DNA of 64,000 nucleotides from Octopus vulgaris. Its lineage: Eukaryota. The translations under genes and the position numbers were made by a program. Below are positions 1-12,934 of the stretch, one piece after another (the stretch's first letter is position 1; the number at the start of each line of letters is the position of its first letter). The stretch covers positions 37,696,001 to 37,760,000 of the forward strand of contig OX597839.1 of assembly GCA_951406725.2 (NCBI GenBank), given 5' to 3'. The notes under the pieces are model-generated. The model did not search any database. It had not been told where the DNA came from and saw only the letters and a program-made list of their open reading frames with translations.

Positions 1-463
1 GTGTTACTTCAAAATACTACACACACACACACACACACACTGACGCACTTACATATAGAGTGAAAAATATTTTGTAACCATGTTTACTGTGATACTGTTT
101 CACCCTAAACATGCATGCATGCATACATACATAATACATACGTACATACATACATATATATACATACATGCATATATACATACATGCATATATGCATACA
201 TACATATATACATACATATATACATATATATATATACATACATACAGACATACATATGTATATACAAGTTCCTACATATATGTGTATATATGTATATATA
301 CATACATCAACATACACACACACGTGTATGCATGTAAGTATGTATAACTATACATTTACATATACATACAGAGAGACGCACGCATATAACATGCATATAT
401 AAGCATATACATGATGTAAACGTATGTATGTGTGTGTGATTACATACATATATACACATACAC

Positions 464-496
<33 letters not shown>

Positions 497-513
497 CGTA
501 CATACATACATAC

Positions 514-544
<31 letters not shown>

Positions 545-562
545 CATACATACATACATACA

Positions 563-596
<34 letters not shown>

Positions 597-785
597 CATA
601 CATACATACATACATATATACATAATTTATATATATATATATTATATTTTGTGAAGTTTGATTTAGTTTTTCTAAATTGAATTTTTCCCTGTAAGTTTGG
701 AATAATATTCCCTTATATTATTATTATACATACACGTATATATATATATATATATTTCGGGTTTCCTTGTATTTTTGTCCTGTAG

Positions 786-955
786 TGTGCCAATAATGCA
801 GGACCCGACTGTCACCTGTGGAATATTATAGACCTTCTTATATTCATACTGATGGCCATCATTGGAGGTTTTCTCGGGGCGACATTTAATTTCATAAACC
901 AGCGACTGACAAAATACCGGATGGCTCACCTGAACAAGAAATCAATATACATCAG
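786..955 (+). CDS. CLCN6: CLC-6-like Cl-/H+ exchanger, internal exon 1 of 12 in window
   Basis: tgtAG acceptor, GTAAG donor. Translates CANNAGPDCHLWNIIDLLIFILMAIIGGFLGATFNFINQRLTKYRMAHLNKKSIYI(R), matching the CLC-6 'CHLW..D...F..M..IGGLLGATFN..N.RL.KYRM' segment. Phase 0 in, 2 out. Confidence 0.93.
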
Positions 956-1028
956 GTAAGCTTTAGTTTGATTTCAATGGACCGTAAAGTTACATATATA
1001 CAGCAACAAACACATACACATGTATATG

Positions 1029-1059
<31 letters not shown>

Positions 1060-1471
1060 AGGCTCGCGAATTCTTATAAACACACACACACTCACAGATG
1101 CTCATGTATACATATAAACGCACACACATGCATATACTAGCAAACACTGATATAGAGAATCACATACGCATACACACTCGTACACATAAACACACTAAAG
1201 CACACACTCACTGATGCACATACATACACATACATACATACACACACATACACACACATACACACATACATACATAGATACATACATACACACACATACA
1301 TACACACATACATAAATACATACATACATACATACATACATACATACATACATACATACATACATACATACATACAAAAAGCATGGAAGAGCTACTTCCA
1401 CGATTGCTTCAAAATCTGGAAAAAATCTCAAAACCCTGTGGAAGAATTCAACATTCTCCTGAACAACCTAC

Positions 1472-1537
<66 letters not shown>

Positions 1538-1980
1538 GATACACACAGATAGAGAAATTAAGGCCAACAGACCAGATATAGTTGTCAGAGATCATGAAGA
1601 AAAAAAAATGCTTTCTAATTGATGTATCAATACCGGCAGATGACAACGTGTCTCTAAAAGAAATGGAGAAACTCTCAAAATACAAAGACCTGGAAATAGA
1701 GGTAACCAGAATGTGGAATCTAAAAACAGAAACAATTCCTATCATAGTTAGTGCATTAGGCATGATAAAAAAATATTCAGACAAATACATAACAAAAACA
1801 CCAGGACTTACAAACACATATAACATACAGAAAATTGCACTACTAGGCACTGCACACATCCTACGCAGAACACTTTCCATACAATAACCATCAGAGCATC
1901 AAACAAATCACAGCACATACCCAAGGCACACAGAGCTGCGCTCGGTAGTGAAGTGAAAGCACGCTATAAAAATAAAACTA

Positions 1981-1984
<4 letters not shown>
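1538..1984 (+). mobile_element. 5'-truncated non-LTR retrotransposon 3' end, restriction-like endonuclease (R4/Dong-like)
   Basis: DREIKANRPDIVVRD..CFLIDVSIP..EKLSKYKDL..IPIIV.ALG..QKIALLGTAHILRRTL, with one frameshift in the A-run near 1600-1608. Flanked by (AAT)n on both sides. Confidence 0.88.
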
Positions 1985-2040
<56 letters not shown>

Positions 2041-2338
2041 GGCACAACCGTCTTTACGTTCTGAGTTATATTCCACCGGGGTCGACTTTGCCTTTCATCC
2101 TTAAGGGATCGATTTAATCGTCTTAGCCTCTCTCTCAAACCTGCTGGCCTTGTGTCCAAGTTTGAAACCAATAAGAACAACAACAGCAACAACAACAGCA
2201 GCAGCTGCAACATAATTATTAACAGAAGCAACAAGAATAACAATAAATAAATAACAACAATAAATAACAACAACAACAACAACAACAACGCTAGCAACAA
2301 CAATTAATTGTGTCTGTTTCGTTTGGTTAATTGCACAG

Positions 2339-2432
2339 GTTAATGGAGGCTCTGCTCGTCTGCATGGTGACGGCCACCGTTAGTTTCACGGCCGCCATGA
2401 CACTTGGGAAGTGTCACAGGCTTTCGCACACG
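2339..2432 (+). CDS. CLCN6: CLC-6-like exon 2 of 12
   Basis: gcacAG / GTAAGG; (R)LMEALLVCMVTATVSFTAAMTLGKCHRLSHT; phase 2 in, 0 out. Confidence 0.9.
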
Positions 2433-2519
2433 GTAAGGCGTCCTTTGGAAATGGTTTCGCTTTGACATTGTGCGATTGTGTGTGTGTAGTGCGTGTTTGT
2501 GTATGTGTGTGTGTTTGTA

Positions 2520-2990
2520 GTGTGTGTATTGTGTGTGTATCTAGTGTGTATGTGTGTGTACAGTGTGTGTGTGTGCGCGCATTGTGTGTGTAGTGTGCGT
2601 GTATGTGTAGTGTGCGTGTATGTGTAGTGTGCGTGTATTGTGTATTCGTGTGTGTCTGTGTGTGTGTGGTGTGTGTTTGTTGCAGTGTGTGTGTATTGTG
2701 TGTGTATGTAATGTGTATGTGTGTGTGTACAGTGTGTGTGTGTGTGTGCGCATTGTGTGTGTAGTGTGCGTGTATGTGTAGTGTGCGTGTATTGTGTATT
2801 CGTGTGTGTCTGTGTGTGTGTTTGTTGCAGTGTGTGTGTATTGTGTGTGTATGTAGTGTGTATGTGTGTGTGTACAGTGTGTGTGTGTGTGCGCGCATTG
2901 TGTGTGTAGTGTGCGTGTATGTGTAGTGTGCGTGTATTGTGTATTCGTGTGTGTCTGTGTGTGTGTAGTGTGTGTGTGTGTGTGTATTGC
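2520..2990. repeat. Higher-order (GT)-derived minisatellite, about 3 units
   Basis: The GTACAGTG..GCGCATTG..GTATTCGTG pattern recurs at ~2558, 2727 and 2872. Confidence 0.85.
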
Positions 2991-4174
2991 GTGTTTTTGT
3001 GTGTGTGTAGAGTGTGTGTGTATTGTGTGTGTATTGCGTGTGTGTGTGTGTGTGTGTGTATGTGAATATCTGAGTGTGTGGGTATGTTTTTATGGACGCT
3101 TGTGTATATAGGTGGATGCCCGTGTGCATATATATTTTCGTTTGTGTGTGTGTGTGTGTGTGCGTGTGCGTGTGTGTGTGTGCGCGTGTGTGTGCGTTCC
3201 TGAATGTTTTTGCGTGTGTATTTGTGAATGTCTATGTGTGTGTGTGTGTGTGTGCGTGCGTGCGTGTGAATGTGTGTAAGAGAACGTGTGCTCATCTTTA
3301 AGTTTATGTGTGTTTGTGTGCCTGTGAATATCTGTATATATGCATGTGTGTTCGTACGTGTGTGTGCGCGCGTGTGCGTGTGTGTGCGCGTGTGTGCGTG
3401 TGCGTGTGCGTGCGTGTGTGTGTGTGCATGTGTGTGTTTCTGTGTTTCTGTGTTTCTGTCGACCAGTCTCGTTGTTGCATTAAAAAACATCGACGACGGC
3501 AAAAAAAAACAAAAAAAAAAAAACACATCAAACAACGAACAACAAACAACCGAACCAACAACAAAAACAACATGGCGGCAACGACTACACCCAGACGCCC
3601 CGCCGTCCCCGCCGTCCCCGCCTCATTTTTCCCACCCCCTTCTCCACCCTTCCTCCCACCAAAAAATATCTTTAATTGCTTAATTCCAGATAAAATATTT
3701 AACGACGTGTCAAAATGTCTGAAAAGAGTCGTTAATGAGATTAGAGTTCACCACTTCGTATTTTTACTCTTTTACTTGTTTCAGTCATTTGACTGCGGCC
3801 ATGCTGGAGCACCGCCTTTATAGTCGAGCAAATCGACCCCCCCAGGACTTACTTATTCTTTGTAATAAGCCCAGTACTTATTCTAATCGGTCTCTTTTTA
3901 TGTCGAACCGCTAAGTTACGGATGGGGGGGGGTCGTAAAACACACACCAGCATCGGTTTGTCGTCACCCCCTCCCCTCCCCCCAACATCGCTTGACAACC
4001 GATGGTGGTGTGTTTTACGTCCCCCCCGTAACTTAGCGGTTCGGCGAAAGAGACCGATAGAATAAGTACTAGGGCTTACAAAGAATAAGTCCTGGCGTCG
4101 ATTTGTTCGACTAAAAGGCGGTGCTCCAGCATGGCCGCAGCCAAATGATTGAAACAAGTAAAAGACTAAAAGAG

Positions 4175-4571
<397 letters not shown>

Positions 4572-4753
4572 TGTTTGCTGTTGCATTAAGGCAGGATCAA
4601 GTCACACACAATATACACACAAACACACACACACACGCATCTATAAACACATACACTCATATCTGTTAGTGTGTGTGTGGGTACGTATAAAATATGTGTA
4701 CACATGTATACGTATATAGTTTTCAAATGCCTTTTGCATTCTCTCCTTCACAG

Positions 4754-4901
4754 AATCCTCACGCAGGCGGTGGCAACTCCAGTTTGGTAAACATCACCTC
4801 AACCCGAAATTACTTTTGTCCTGAAGGGTACTACAACGACATGGCCACCCTCTTCTTTAACCCACAAGAAGTAGCCATCAAACAACTTTTTCATCAAGAA
4901 G
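4754..4901 (+). CDS. CLCN6: CLC-6-like exon 3 of 12
   Basis: Pyrimidine tract plus cacAG / GTACT; NPHAGGGNSSLVNITSTRNYFCPEGYYNDMATLFFNPQEVAIKQLFHQE(G). 'YNDMATLFFNPQE' is characteristic of CLC-6. Phase 0 in, 1 out. Confidence 0.95.
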
Positions 4902-5082
4902 GTACTAATTAACCCCATCTTCTGTTTTTATTTCACGGATTTGATCGTTTTGGGTTTCTATAAATTGGATTTTACGACACAAGTGACAGCATGGCTGTCT
5001 GGTTAAAGCGCTTGTTTTGGAACCACACAGTTATGGGTACAGACCTTCCGCGTGCCACCTTGGGCATGTGTTTTCTAATATA

Positions 5083-5307
5083 TATTTCTTTACTGCCCAC
5101 AAGGGGCTAAACACAGAGGGGACAAACAACAACAGACAAACGGATTAAGTCGATTACATCGACCCCAGTGCGTAACTGGTACGTAATTTATCGACCCCGA
5201 AAGGATGAAGGGCAAAGTTGACCTCGGCGGAATTTGAACTCACAACGTAACTGCAGACGAAATACGGCTATGCATTTCGCCCGGCGTGCTAACGATTCTG
5301 CCAGCTC
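5083..5307 (-). mobile_element. SINE family C (GAGGTCGACTTTGCCTTTCATCCTTTCGGGGTCGATAAA central domain)
   Basis: Head GAGCTGGCAGAATCGTTAGCAC..GAGTTCAAATTCC. Other copies lie at ~2052-2175, 13312-13492, 19527-19700, 21168-21372, 32756-32928, 51848-52065 and 54690-54835. Confidence 0.85.
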
Positions 5308-5395
5308 AGTATCACATTGTTATGTGTTCAGTCCTTCCACGTGTCACCTTGGGCAAGTGTCTAATGCGACCAATTGTGTGGAATCCGACGGTGCA

Positions 5396-5580
5396 TCTAT
5401 TATATAAAATCCGTCCTGTCTGTCTGTGTGTCTTCTAGGATCTCGGGCATCCTCCATCCGATTGCGCTCAAATTTGATATGTAGATACCGACGGTATCAG
5501 GGCGTGTATAAGTCTTGAAAAAAATTACAGAAATCGATTCCAGGTGAGAATGCGATCGATAAAGCCGTGGGAACGTGCAT
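5396..5580 (+). mobile_element. Helitron-like 5' end fragment
   Basis: A|TCTATTATATAAAA..(TGTC)n..CCGATTGCGCTCAAATTTG; no matching 3' end seen. Confidence 0.45.
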
Positions 5581-6361
5581 TTGTACGCGCAAGTACATCA
5601 GCTGTTGCGATGTACTTACTGGTACTTTAAACTCTTCGGTTGCATATTTGTGTGAATAAAATCTTTTTACTTCGGAATAGAAAAGAAGTCTATCTTTATT
5701 TCTTCTTTTGCTGGTGTCTCAAATTTAGGTTAAATCAGTGTTTCTCAAAGGGGAGGCCTATGGGACGGTCGGACAAGTTGTTTTGAGAAAATTTGGTTTA
5801 AATGTTTGACAACTCAGCACCGTCCATTGGACCGGGGAGGGGGGGCGTTTTGCTCGTATATAAACACACACACATACACGCACGCACACACACACATACA
5901 CGCACGCACACACACACAGATGTATAGACGTGTGTTTGTGTATTTTTGTTGTTGTCCTCCATCATCGATTACAAATGGTGTTTTAACTTAGCAGTTCGGC
6001 AAAATACACCGATAGAATAAGTAACTAGGCTTATTCGATTGTTTTCCCCTAAGCACTTCTAGGCGATGCCTTGACTCCAGTACTTATTCTCTTCTAGATC
6101 AAGTACTCAGTCTATCGGTGTCTTTTACCGACCCGTTAAGTTACGGAGACGTAAACAAACTAACATCGGTTGTCAAACGCTAGTGGAGGAGGGGGGAAAA
6201 GCCCAAGCGCAAAGACAAGCACACACAGATACACACACACACGTACACACATTTGCTGCGTATATTCCGCTTACACACACACACATACACACACACACGC
6301 ACACACACATACACACACACATACACACACATACACACATACACACACACATACACACATA

Positions 6362-6403
<42 letters not shown>

Positions 6404-6449
6404 TACACACACATACACACACATACACACATACACACACATACACACA

Positions 6450-6532
<83 letters not shown>

Positions 6533-6579
6533 CTACATCGTCAGTCGCCAATTTCTTTCTCTTTCGTTCTTCTCCTTAG

Positions 6580-6730
6580 GAAATTTCAGTGTGTCCACTT
6601 TGGCCACATTCTTCTTCTTCTTCTTCCTGCTGTCATGCTGGACCTACGGAGTGTTCGTGCCCAGCGGTCTCTTTGTACCCAGCCTGTTATGTGGCGCCGC
6701 CTACGGAAGACTGGTGGCCAGCATCCTGCA
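6580..6730 (+). CDS. CLCN6: CLC-6-like exon 4 of 12 (GLFVP selectivity-filter motif)
   Basis: ccttAG / GTAAGT; (G)[49 protein letters not shown](Q); phase 1 in, 2 out. Confidence 0.96.
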
Positions 6731-7087
6731 GTAAGTTCCACGGCGATTTGCTTTTATATCGATATATCAAGTCGTTTATACACAAGGCTTTGTTATTTTG
6801 TTTTTTTCCCACCACCACCACCACTACCACCACCACCACCACCACCACCACCACCACTACCACCACCACCACTACCACCACCACCACCACCACCACCACC
6901 ACCACCACCACCACCAAAACCACAATAGTTGTAATTCTGAAAGGGAAAGAGAAATAAAAATATTTACCCTATCTTTCCTGGACTATGCATAGTTTCGGCA
7001 ATCTTTTGTAAATGAAATAAAATAATTTAAATTTACAATTGGCGTTGCCATCTTCAGCAGGAAGCCAAGGCTAACATATAAATTTAT

Positions 7088-7144
<57 letters not shown>

Positions 7145-7402
7145 CTATATATGTATATAATAAACCAACTTCATTCATTCTCTGTCCAACCTCGTCTAAC
7201 CCTGAGTCTTCTTGGCTGCTTGACCTCTTAATTCCTCCTCCTCATCCTCCTCCTTCTCCACCTCTCCTCCTCCTCTCCTCCTCCTCCTCCACGTTATCCT
7301 CCACCTTCTCCCCCTCCCCCTCCTCCTCCACATCTTCATACTTCAGCTTTCCTTCTGAAATTAATGATAATCTGTTGTCCCTTTTTTTTCGCTCCTTTCC
7401 AG

Positions 7403-7562
7403 ATTCTGGGGATACGAATCAGGTTATGCTGGAACCTACTCCCTTATAGGGGCCGCCGCCTTCCTCGGGGGCGTTGTCAGAATGACGATCAGCCTCACTG
7501 TCATTCTCATCGAATCAACCAATGAAATCAGCTACGGCCTTCCCATCATGCTTGTGCTCATG
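7403..7562 (+). CDS. CLCN6: CLC-6-like exon 5 of 12
   Basis: ttccAG / GTGAGT; [53 protein letters not shown]. Not in the ORF track. Phase 2 in, 0 out. Confidence 0.97.
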
Positions 7563-7666
7563 GTGAGTTTCTCCCGTTGGAATGTTTTGACACACACGCA
7601 TACACACACATAAAGTCACACATACATACATATATACATGTATACGATATAGTGTATATTTAAACA

Positions 7667-8046
7667 GTGGAGGCGCAATGGCCCAGTGGTTAGGGCAGCG
7701 GACTCGCGGTCGTAGGATCGGGGTTTCGATTCCCAGACCGGGCGTTGTGAGTGTTTATTGAGCGAAAACACCTAAAGCTCCTCGAGGCTCCGGCAGAGGA
7801 TGGTGGTGATCCCTGCTGTACTCTTTCACCACAAACTTTCTCTCACTCTTACTTCCTGTTTCTGTTGTACCTGTATTTCAAAGGGCCGGCCTTGTCACTC
7901 TCTGTGTCACGCTGAATATCCCCGAGAACTACGTTAAGGGTACACGTGTCTGTGGAGTGCTCAGCCACTTACACGAACAGGCTGTTCCGTTGATCGGATC
8001 AACCGGAACCCTCGTAGTCGTAACCGACGGAGTACTTCCACCCATC
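7667..8046 (+). mobile_element. SINE family B (tRNA head), full length with TSD
   Basis: GTGGAGGCGCAATGGCCCAGTGGTTAGGGCA..GGTTTCGATTCCC head, GTAACCGACGGAGT tail. TSD ATATTTAAACA / ATATTTATACA (7656-7666, 8047-8057). Confidence 0.9.
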
Positions 8047-8400
8047 ATATTTATACACATAAGGAATCCGCTTATAGGGAATTCAACACATTAGAAAGAA
8101 CAGCTAGGTTCTGTAAACCACTACACTATATCGTATGACTAATATATAGTCTTCTTGACTAATTTTTTTTGCATGTTAGACCACTGGAAATGTAAATTTT
8201 GATTGAATGTTTTAATTTTAATTAAATTCCATTTCCCTTTGACATGATTATATATATGTATATATATATAGAAACATAAATCATAAATGCATGCATACAC
8301 ACAGACACTCATAGTACAAATATACACATATGCACACACATTCACACAGACATTACATAGATACACACACACAGACGTGCTAATAGTTACTTAGACTATA

Positions 8401-8508
<108 letters not shown>

Positions 8509-8597
8509 TAGATAGATAGATAGATACAGAGAGAGCGAGACAGACAGACAGACAGTCAGAAAAAGGCAGATAGATAGATACATACATACGTATATGG

Positions 8598-8653
<56 letters not shown>

Positions 8654-8940
8654 AGAGAGAGATACATACATACATACATACATACATACGTACGTACATA
8701 CATACATACATACATACATACATACATACATACATACATACATACATACATACATACATACACCTGCTCATACATATCACCTTAATGCGAAATATGCTGT
8801 TAAGTGCAGGCTTCCATACATAATGTAGTGATTCGGGAATAATGATTTAATCAACTGAAATTAAACGATATTGAAACGAAAGTTCCGTTAGCGTTAATGA
8901 AAATCCATATCAAAACGGGAAGATCGAAGGAACTCTCTCT

Positions 8941-9342
8941 CTTTTACTCTTTTACTTGTTTCAGTCATTTGACTGCGGCCATGCTGGAGCACCGCCTTTA
9001 GTCGAGCAAATCGATCCCGGGACTTATTCTTTTGTAAGTCCAGTACTTAATCTATCGGTCTCTTTTGCCGAACCGCTAAGTGACGGGGACGTAAACACAC
9101 CAGCATCGGTTGTCAAGCAATGCAAGGGGGACAAACACAGACACACAAACACACATACATACATATATATACATATATACGACAGGCTTCTTTCAGTTTC
9201 TGTCTACCAAATCCACTCACAAGGCATTGGTCGGCCCGGGGCTATAGCAGAAGACACTTGCTCAAGATGCCACGCAGTGGGACTGAACCCGGAACCATGT
9301 GGTTGGTTAGCAAGCTACTTACCACACAGCCACTCCTGCGCC
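8941..9342 (-). mobile_element. SINE family A (tRNA head, CORE-like CTTGGGCAAGTG), full length
   Basis: Head GGCGCAGGAGTGGCTGTGTGGTAAG..GGGTTCAGTCCC, internal (TA)/(TG) tract, (GAGTAAAA)-like tail. Confidence 0.9.
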
Positions 9343-9909
9343 TATTAACAACTCTTAAATTAAACAAAAATGCTGCGTGTGGGAGGAGTGAGTGAGTGAG
9401 TGAGCTTTGGCAGCAATGGGGGGTAATTCAGACATGTTTCCGTCTTATTAACCCTCCTCAGCTGGGTATTTGTACAGATAAGAACGTCGAAAGCATTGGA
9501 TTGTAAATTGCTTTTTCGCATATTATTTAATAAGAGGCAGCATGAACATCACAACTTCACCTCTTGCTTCTGAACTCCTGCAAGGGGTAGGAGAATGAGG
9601 GATGAGACCCGTACCGGGCGATGCTTCTATGAAGGTCCCACTGTTAGGCCTCCTGTGTAGCTCTGTATAGGTTCGAGGGCCCAGGGTGGGGGCAGGTTAA
9701 TTCAAGGGTTACTCTGAGTGACACACACTCTAGCTACACCCCTGCTCCTGTCCGTCACTACTTTAACAGTTGAGCTCCATTACAAAAAGAAGACCCTCAC
9801 CCCCCCCCCCAAAAAAAAAAACTGAATACAAAATTTGAGGCTGAACAACTGTGCCCCACGAGGGAAGACTCACCTTTGTCGTTTTACATTCCTTTCTGGT
9901 AATTTTCAG

Positions 9910-10016
9910 ATTGCAAAATGGGTCGGGGATTTGTTCAACCATGGTCTGTATGACATCCATATTAACTTGAAGAATATCCCACTTCTGGAATGGGACAGTC
10001 CATCCGTCATGGACAG
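9910..10016 (+). CDS. CLCN6: CLC-6-like exon 6 of 12 (central-site Tyr, GLYD)
   Basis: tttcAG / GTAAGT; [35 protein letters not shown](R); phase 0 in, 2 out. Confidence 0.96.
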
Positions 10017-10258
10017 GTAAGTCAGCTTGTGCTATTGTTAATGTTATTTCCTCTTTCACTTGCTTTAGTCATTGGACTGCGGTCATACTGGAGCTGCTGC
10101 TTTGAAGGGGTTTTGCGGCCATACTGGGGCTGCTGCATTGAAGGGTTTTAGTCAAACAGATCGATCCTATGAATGCCAAACTTTCTTTTTAAACATTATT
10201 TACATTATTTACATTATTTACATTTGACGAATATTCGTCCTCATCTTGTTTGTTGTTC

Positions 10259-10302
10259 ACACAACGTTTCGGCTGATATACCCTCCAGCCTTCTTCAGGT
10301 GT
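10259..10302 (-). ncRNA. Minimal hammerhead ribozyme motif
   Basis: ACAC-CTGAAGA-A-GGCTG-gagggtatat-CAGCC-GAAA-CG-TT-GTGT, within a dispersed repeat (~10190-10360). Confidence 0.65.
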
Positions 10303-10359
10303 CTTGGGGAAATTTCGAACCTGGGTTCTCATTCCTAAGGTACTTTTCGATGTTATTAT

Positions 10360-10577
<218 letters not shown>

Positions 10578-10836
10578 GACAAGCTTCTTTCAGTTTCCTT
10601 CTATCAAATCCACTCACAAGGCTTTGGTCGGCCCCAGGCTATAGTAGAAGACACTCGTCCAAGGTGCTACGCAGTGGGACTGAACCCGGAACCATGTGGT
10701 TAGGAACCAAGCTTCCTACCACACACCCACGACTACGCCTGCGCCTTATAAAAACAAAAGGAGCCTCTTTTGTTGTTGTTGTTGTTGTAATGTCCTTTTT
10801 AGGTGACCCCACTAAAGCTATCTTTGTCCTTGTCAG

Positions 10837-10975
10837 GTTGACTGCTGCCGATATAATGAAGGAGAAAGTCCTGTACGTGTTCCCCCATACCAGGATCTCG
10901 ACCATGGAGAAAATACTGAAGACCAGCGCACACAACGTCTTCCCTGTTGTTTCCTATTGTGAACCGATTAAAAAG
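10837..10975 (+). CDS. CLCN6: CLC-6-like exon 7 of 12 (start of CBS1)
   Basis: tgtcAG / GTCTGT; (R)[46 protein letters not shown]; phase 2 in, 0 out. Confidence 0.93.
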
Positions 10976-11032
10976 GTCTGTCTTCAAATTCTGACGAATG
11001 AAATGATGACTTAACAACTCTGTCATTGGTTA

Positions 11033-11370
11033 CGAAAAGGTCAGAAAGAAATGCAGTTTTTATTTGCTTTACCTGTCAATCCACGCTCGTGTATTCGGCG
11101 GTGGGTCGTCGAAGTTTTGCAAGCATCTTGCACATGCAAGAGCAACCGGTCGAAAACTCCGTATACCGGAAGCCAGTAAGTGTGTGATGGAGGTGGAGGT
11201 CATCAGGAGAGAATTGCACACCGTCTCAGGGCCTACCTCCCGACGGCACCATTGCGCACCGGCCCCCACCTCACCGATATGAGGGTTAGGATCAACTGGT
11301 TATCAAATAAAGCTCAACATTCTTCTATCCATCGCGGATAAAAACTGCATTAATTTCTGACCTACGCTCG
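11033..11370. mobile_element. Mariner-type MITE
   Basis: Imperfect TIRs CGAAAAGGTCAGAAAGAAATGCAGTTTTTAT / ATAAAAACTGCATTAATTTCTGACCTACGCTCG with TA on both sides. A related internal sequence lies at ~25090-25665 in the opposite orientation. Confidence 0.8.
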
Positions 11371-11449
11371 TATGTCTCACTGTCTGTCTGTCTGTTTGTC
11401 TGTCTTTCTTTCTTTTCCTCTTTCATACTCTGTGTGTGAGTGTATATGC

Positions 11450-11498
<49 letters not shown>

Positions 11499-11536
11499 AA
11501 AAAGGAGATGTGGAACACGAGTTGTGATATATAAAA

Positions 11537-11821
11537 AAAGGAAATGAAGAAAATGCTGACAAAATAATTTAAGTAAGGGAGAGTGTATTTAATTAGGTGA
11601 AAGTTCTTTTTACCGGTTGCGCATTTGTTATGCTTATAAAAAAAGATATTTTTTAAAGAGAGATAGAGTTCGAGAAAAAAATCTATCAGAAAGGAACTCT
11701 ATCTCTCTTAAAAAATATCTTTTGATAAGCATAACAAATGCGCAACCGGTAAAAAGAACTTTCACCTAATTAAATACACTCTCCCTTACTTAAATTATTT
11801 TGTCAGCATTTTCTTCATTTC

Positions 11822-11825
<4 letters not shown>
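11537..11825. repeat. ~135-bp near-perfect inverted repeat, 22-nt spacer, between (TA)n runs
   Basis: Arms ~11537-11671 and ~11694-11825. Confidence 0.92.
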
Positions 11826-11865
<40 letters not shown>

Positions 11866-11958
11866 TTTGAGATACATGGTATATTCTATAAATATGTCTA
11901 TTCAAGTTATCTAACAACATGAAACTATTAGTAGCTCTTTCGGTTGTATGTCTAATTT

Positions 11959-12032
<74 letters not shown>

Positions 12033-12181
12033 AAAGCAAAAAGACGAAAATTCTTTGAGATCCTTATCATCGATCAGGATATATCTAACATGAAACGTCA
12101 TAGAAACAAGAGCAAAAGCGTCTAAGACATTAACACAAGATCTCGGGATTTTCTGACCCCTTCTTCTGTTGTTCTACGCAG

Positions 12182-12243
12182 GAAAGAGGCGCTACTGAAA
12201 GGTCGACTGAACAGAGATGCTATCAAGACTTGAGCCTGCTTCG
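12182..12243 (+). CDS. CLCN6: CLC-6-like exon 8 of 12 (variable CBS1 insert)
   Basis: Pyrimidine tract plus cgcAG / GTAAGT; ERGATERSTEQRCYQDLSLL(R). No recognisable homology, but it supplies exactly the phase 0-to-2 bridge needed between exons 7 and 9. Confidence 0.72.
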
Positions 12244-12934
12244 GTAAGTGTAAACTATTCAGATAAACGTAGTGTTTATAAGATGAAAATGACTGAGATA
12301 ACAGGCAGAGGGAAATGGCGGTGGTTCAAGCTTGGCTGAACGCGGATGGCATGATGTTGTTAAGGATGTTGTTTTACTCTAGGTAAACCCTGACCAGACA
12401 GACCTATGACCAAAGGCATTCCAGCCGTGAGCATCTTGCCTTGTTATCCTCAACATTGTCGATAGTCCTTCCCCCACCGAGGACTATGTCTGAGAAAACT
12501 ACATTATTATCCACCGTGGGCTCCCCGCCTGTGTTACATACCATGTATACTCGAATTCATTAGCGATGATACTTGGTTTTGTGGTTAGGACATTCGGCTC
12601 GCAATCATAAGGTCGTGATTTCGATACCCGGCCGTGCTCTGTGTCCTTGCGCAAGACACTTTATTTCACATTACCCAGACCCACTCAGCTGGCAAAAATG
12701 AAAAGTACCTGTATTTCAGAAGGGCCCGCATTGACACATCCTGTGTCACATTGAATCTCCATGAGAACTATCTATGTTATGGGTACACGTGTGTCTGTGG
12801 AGTACTCAGTCACTTGCACGTTAATTTCACGAGCAGGCTGTTCCGTTGATCAGATCAACTGGAACCCTACCCGTCGTAACCGACGGAGTACCGCTTTTAC
12901 TCGAATTCTTTACTTTTTTTCAATTATATATACT

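Noticed and set aside
5737-5770. hAT/Charlie-like TIR CAGTGTTTCTCAA; also single TIR-like ends near 9744 and 48940
   Set aside because: No matching partner TIR or 8-bp TSD was found.
10801-10836. Upstream alternative acceptor (TTTTTAG at 10802) for exon 7
   Set aside because: It would need a phase-1 intron, but the upstream donor is phase 2, so it causes a frameshift.
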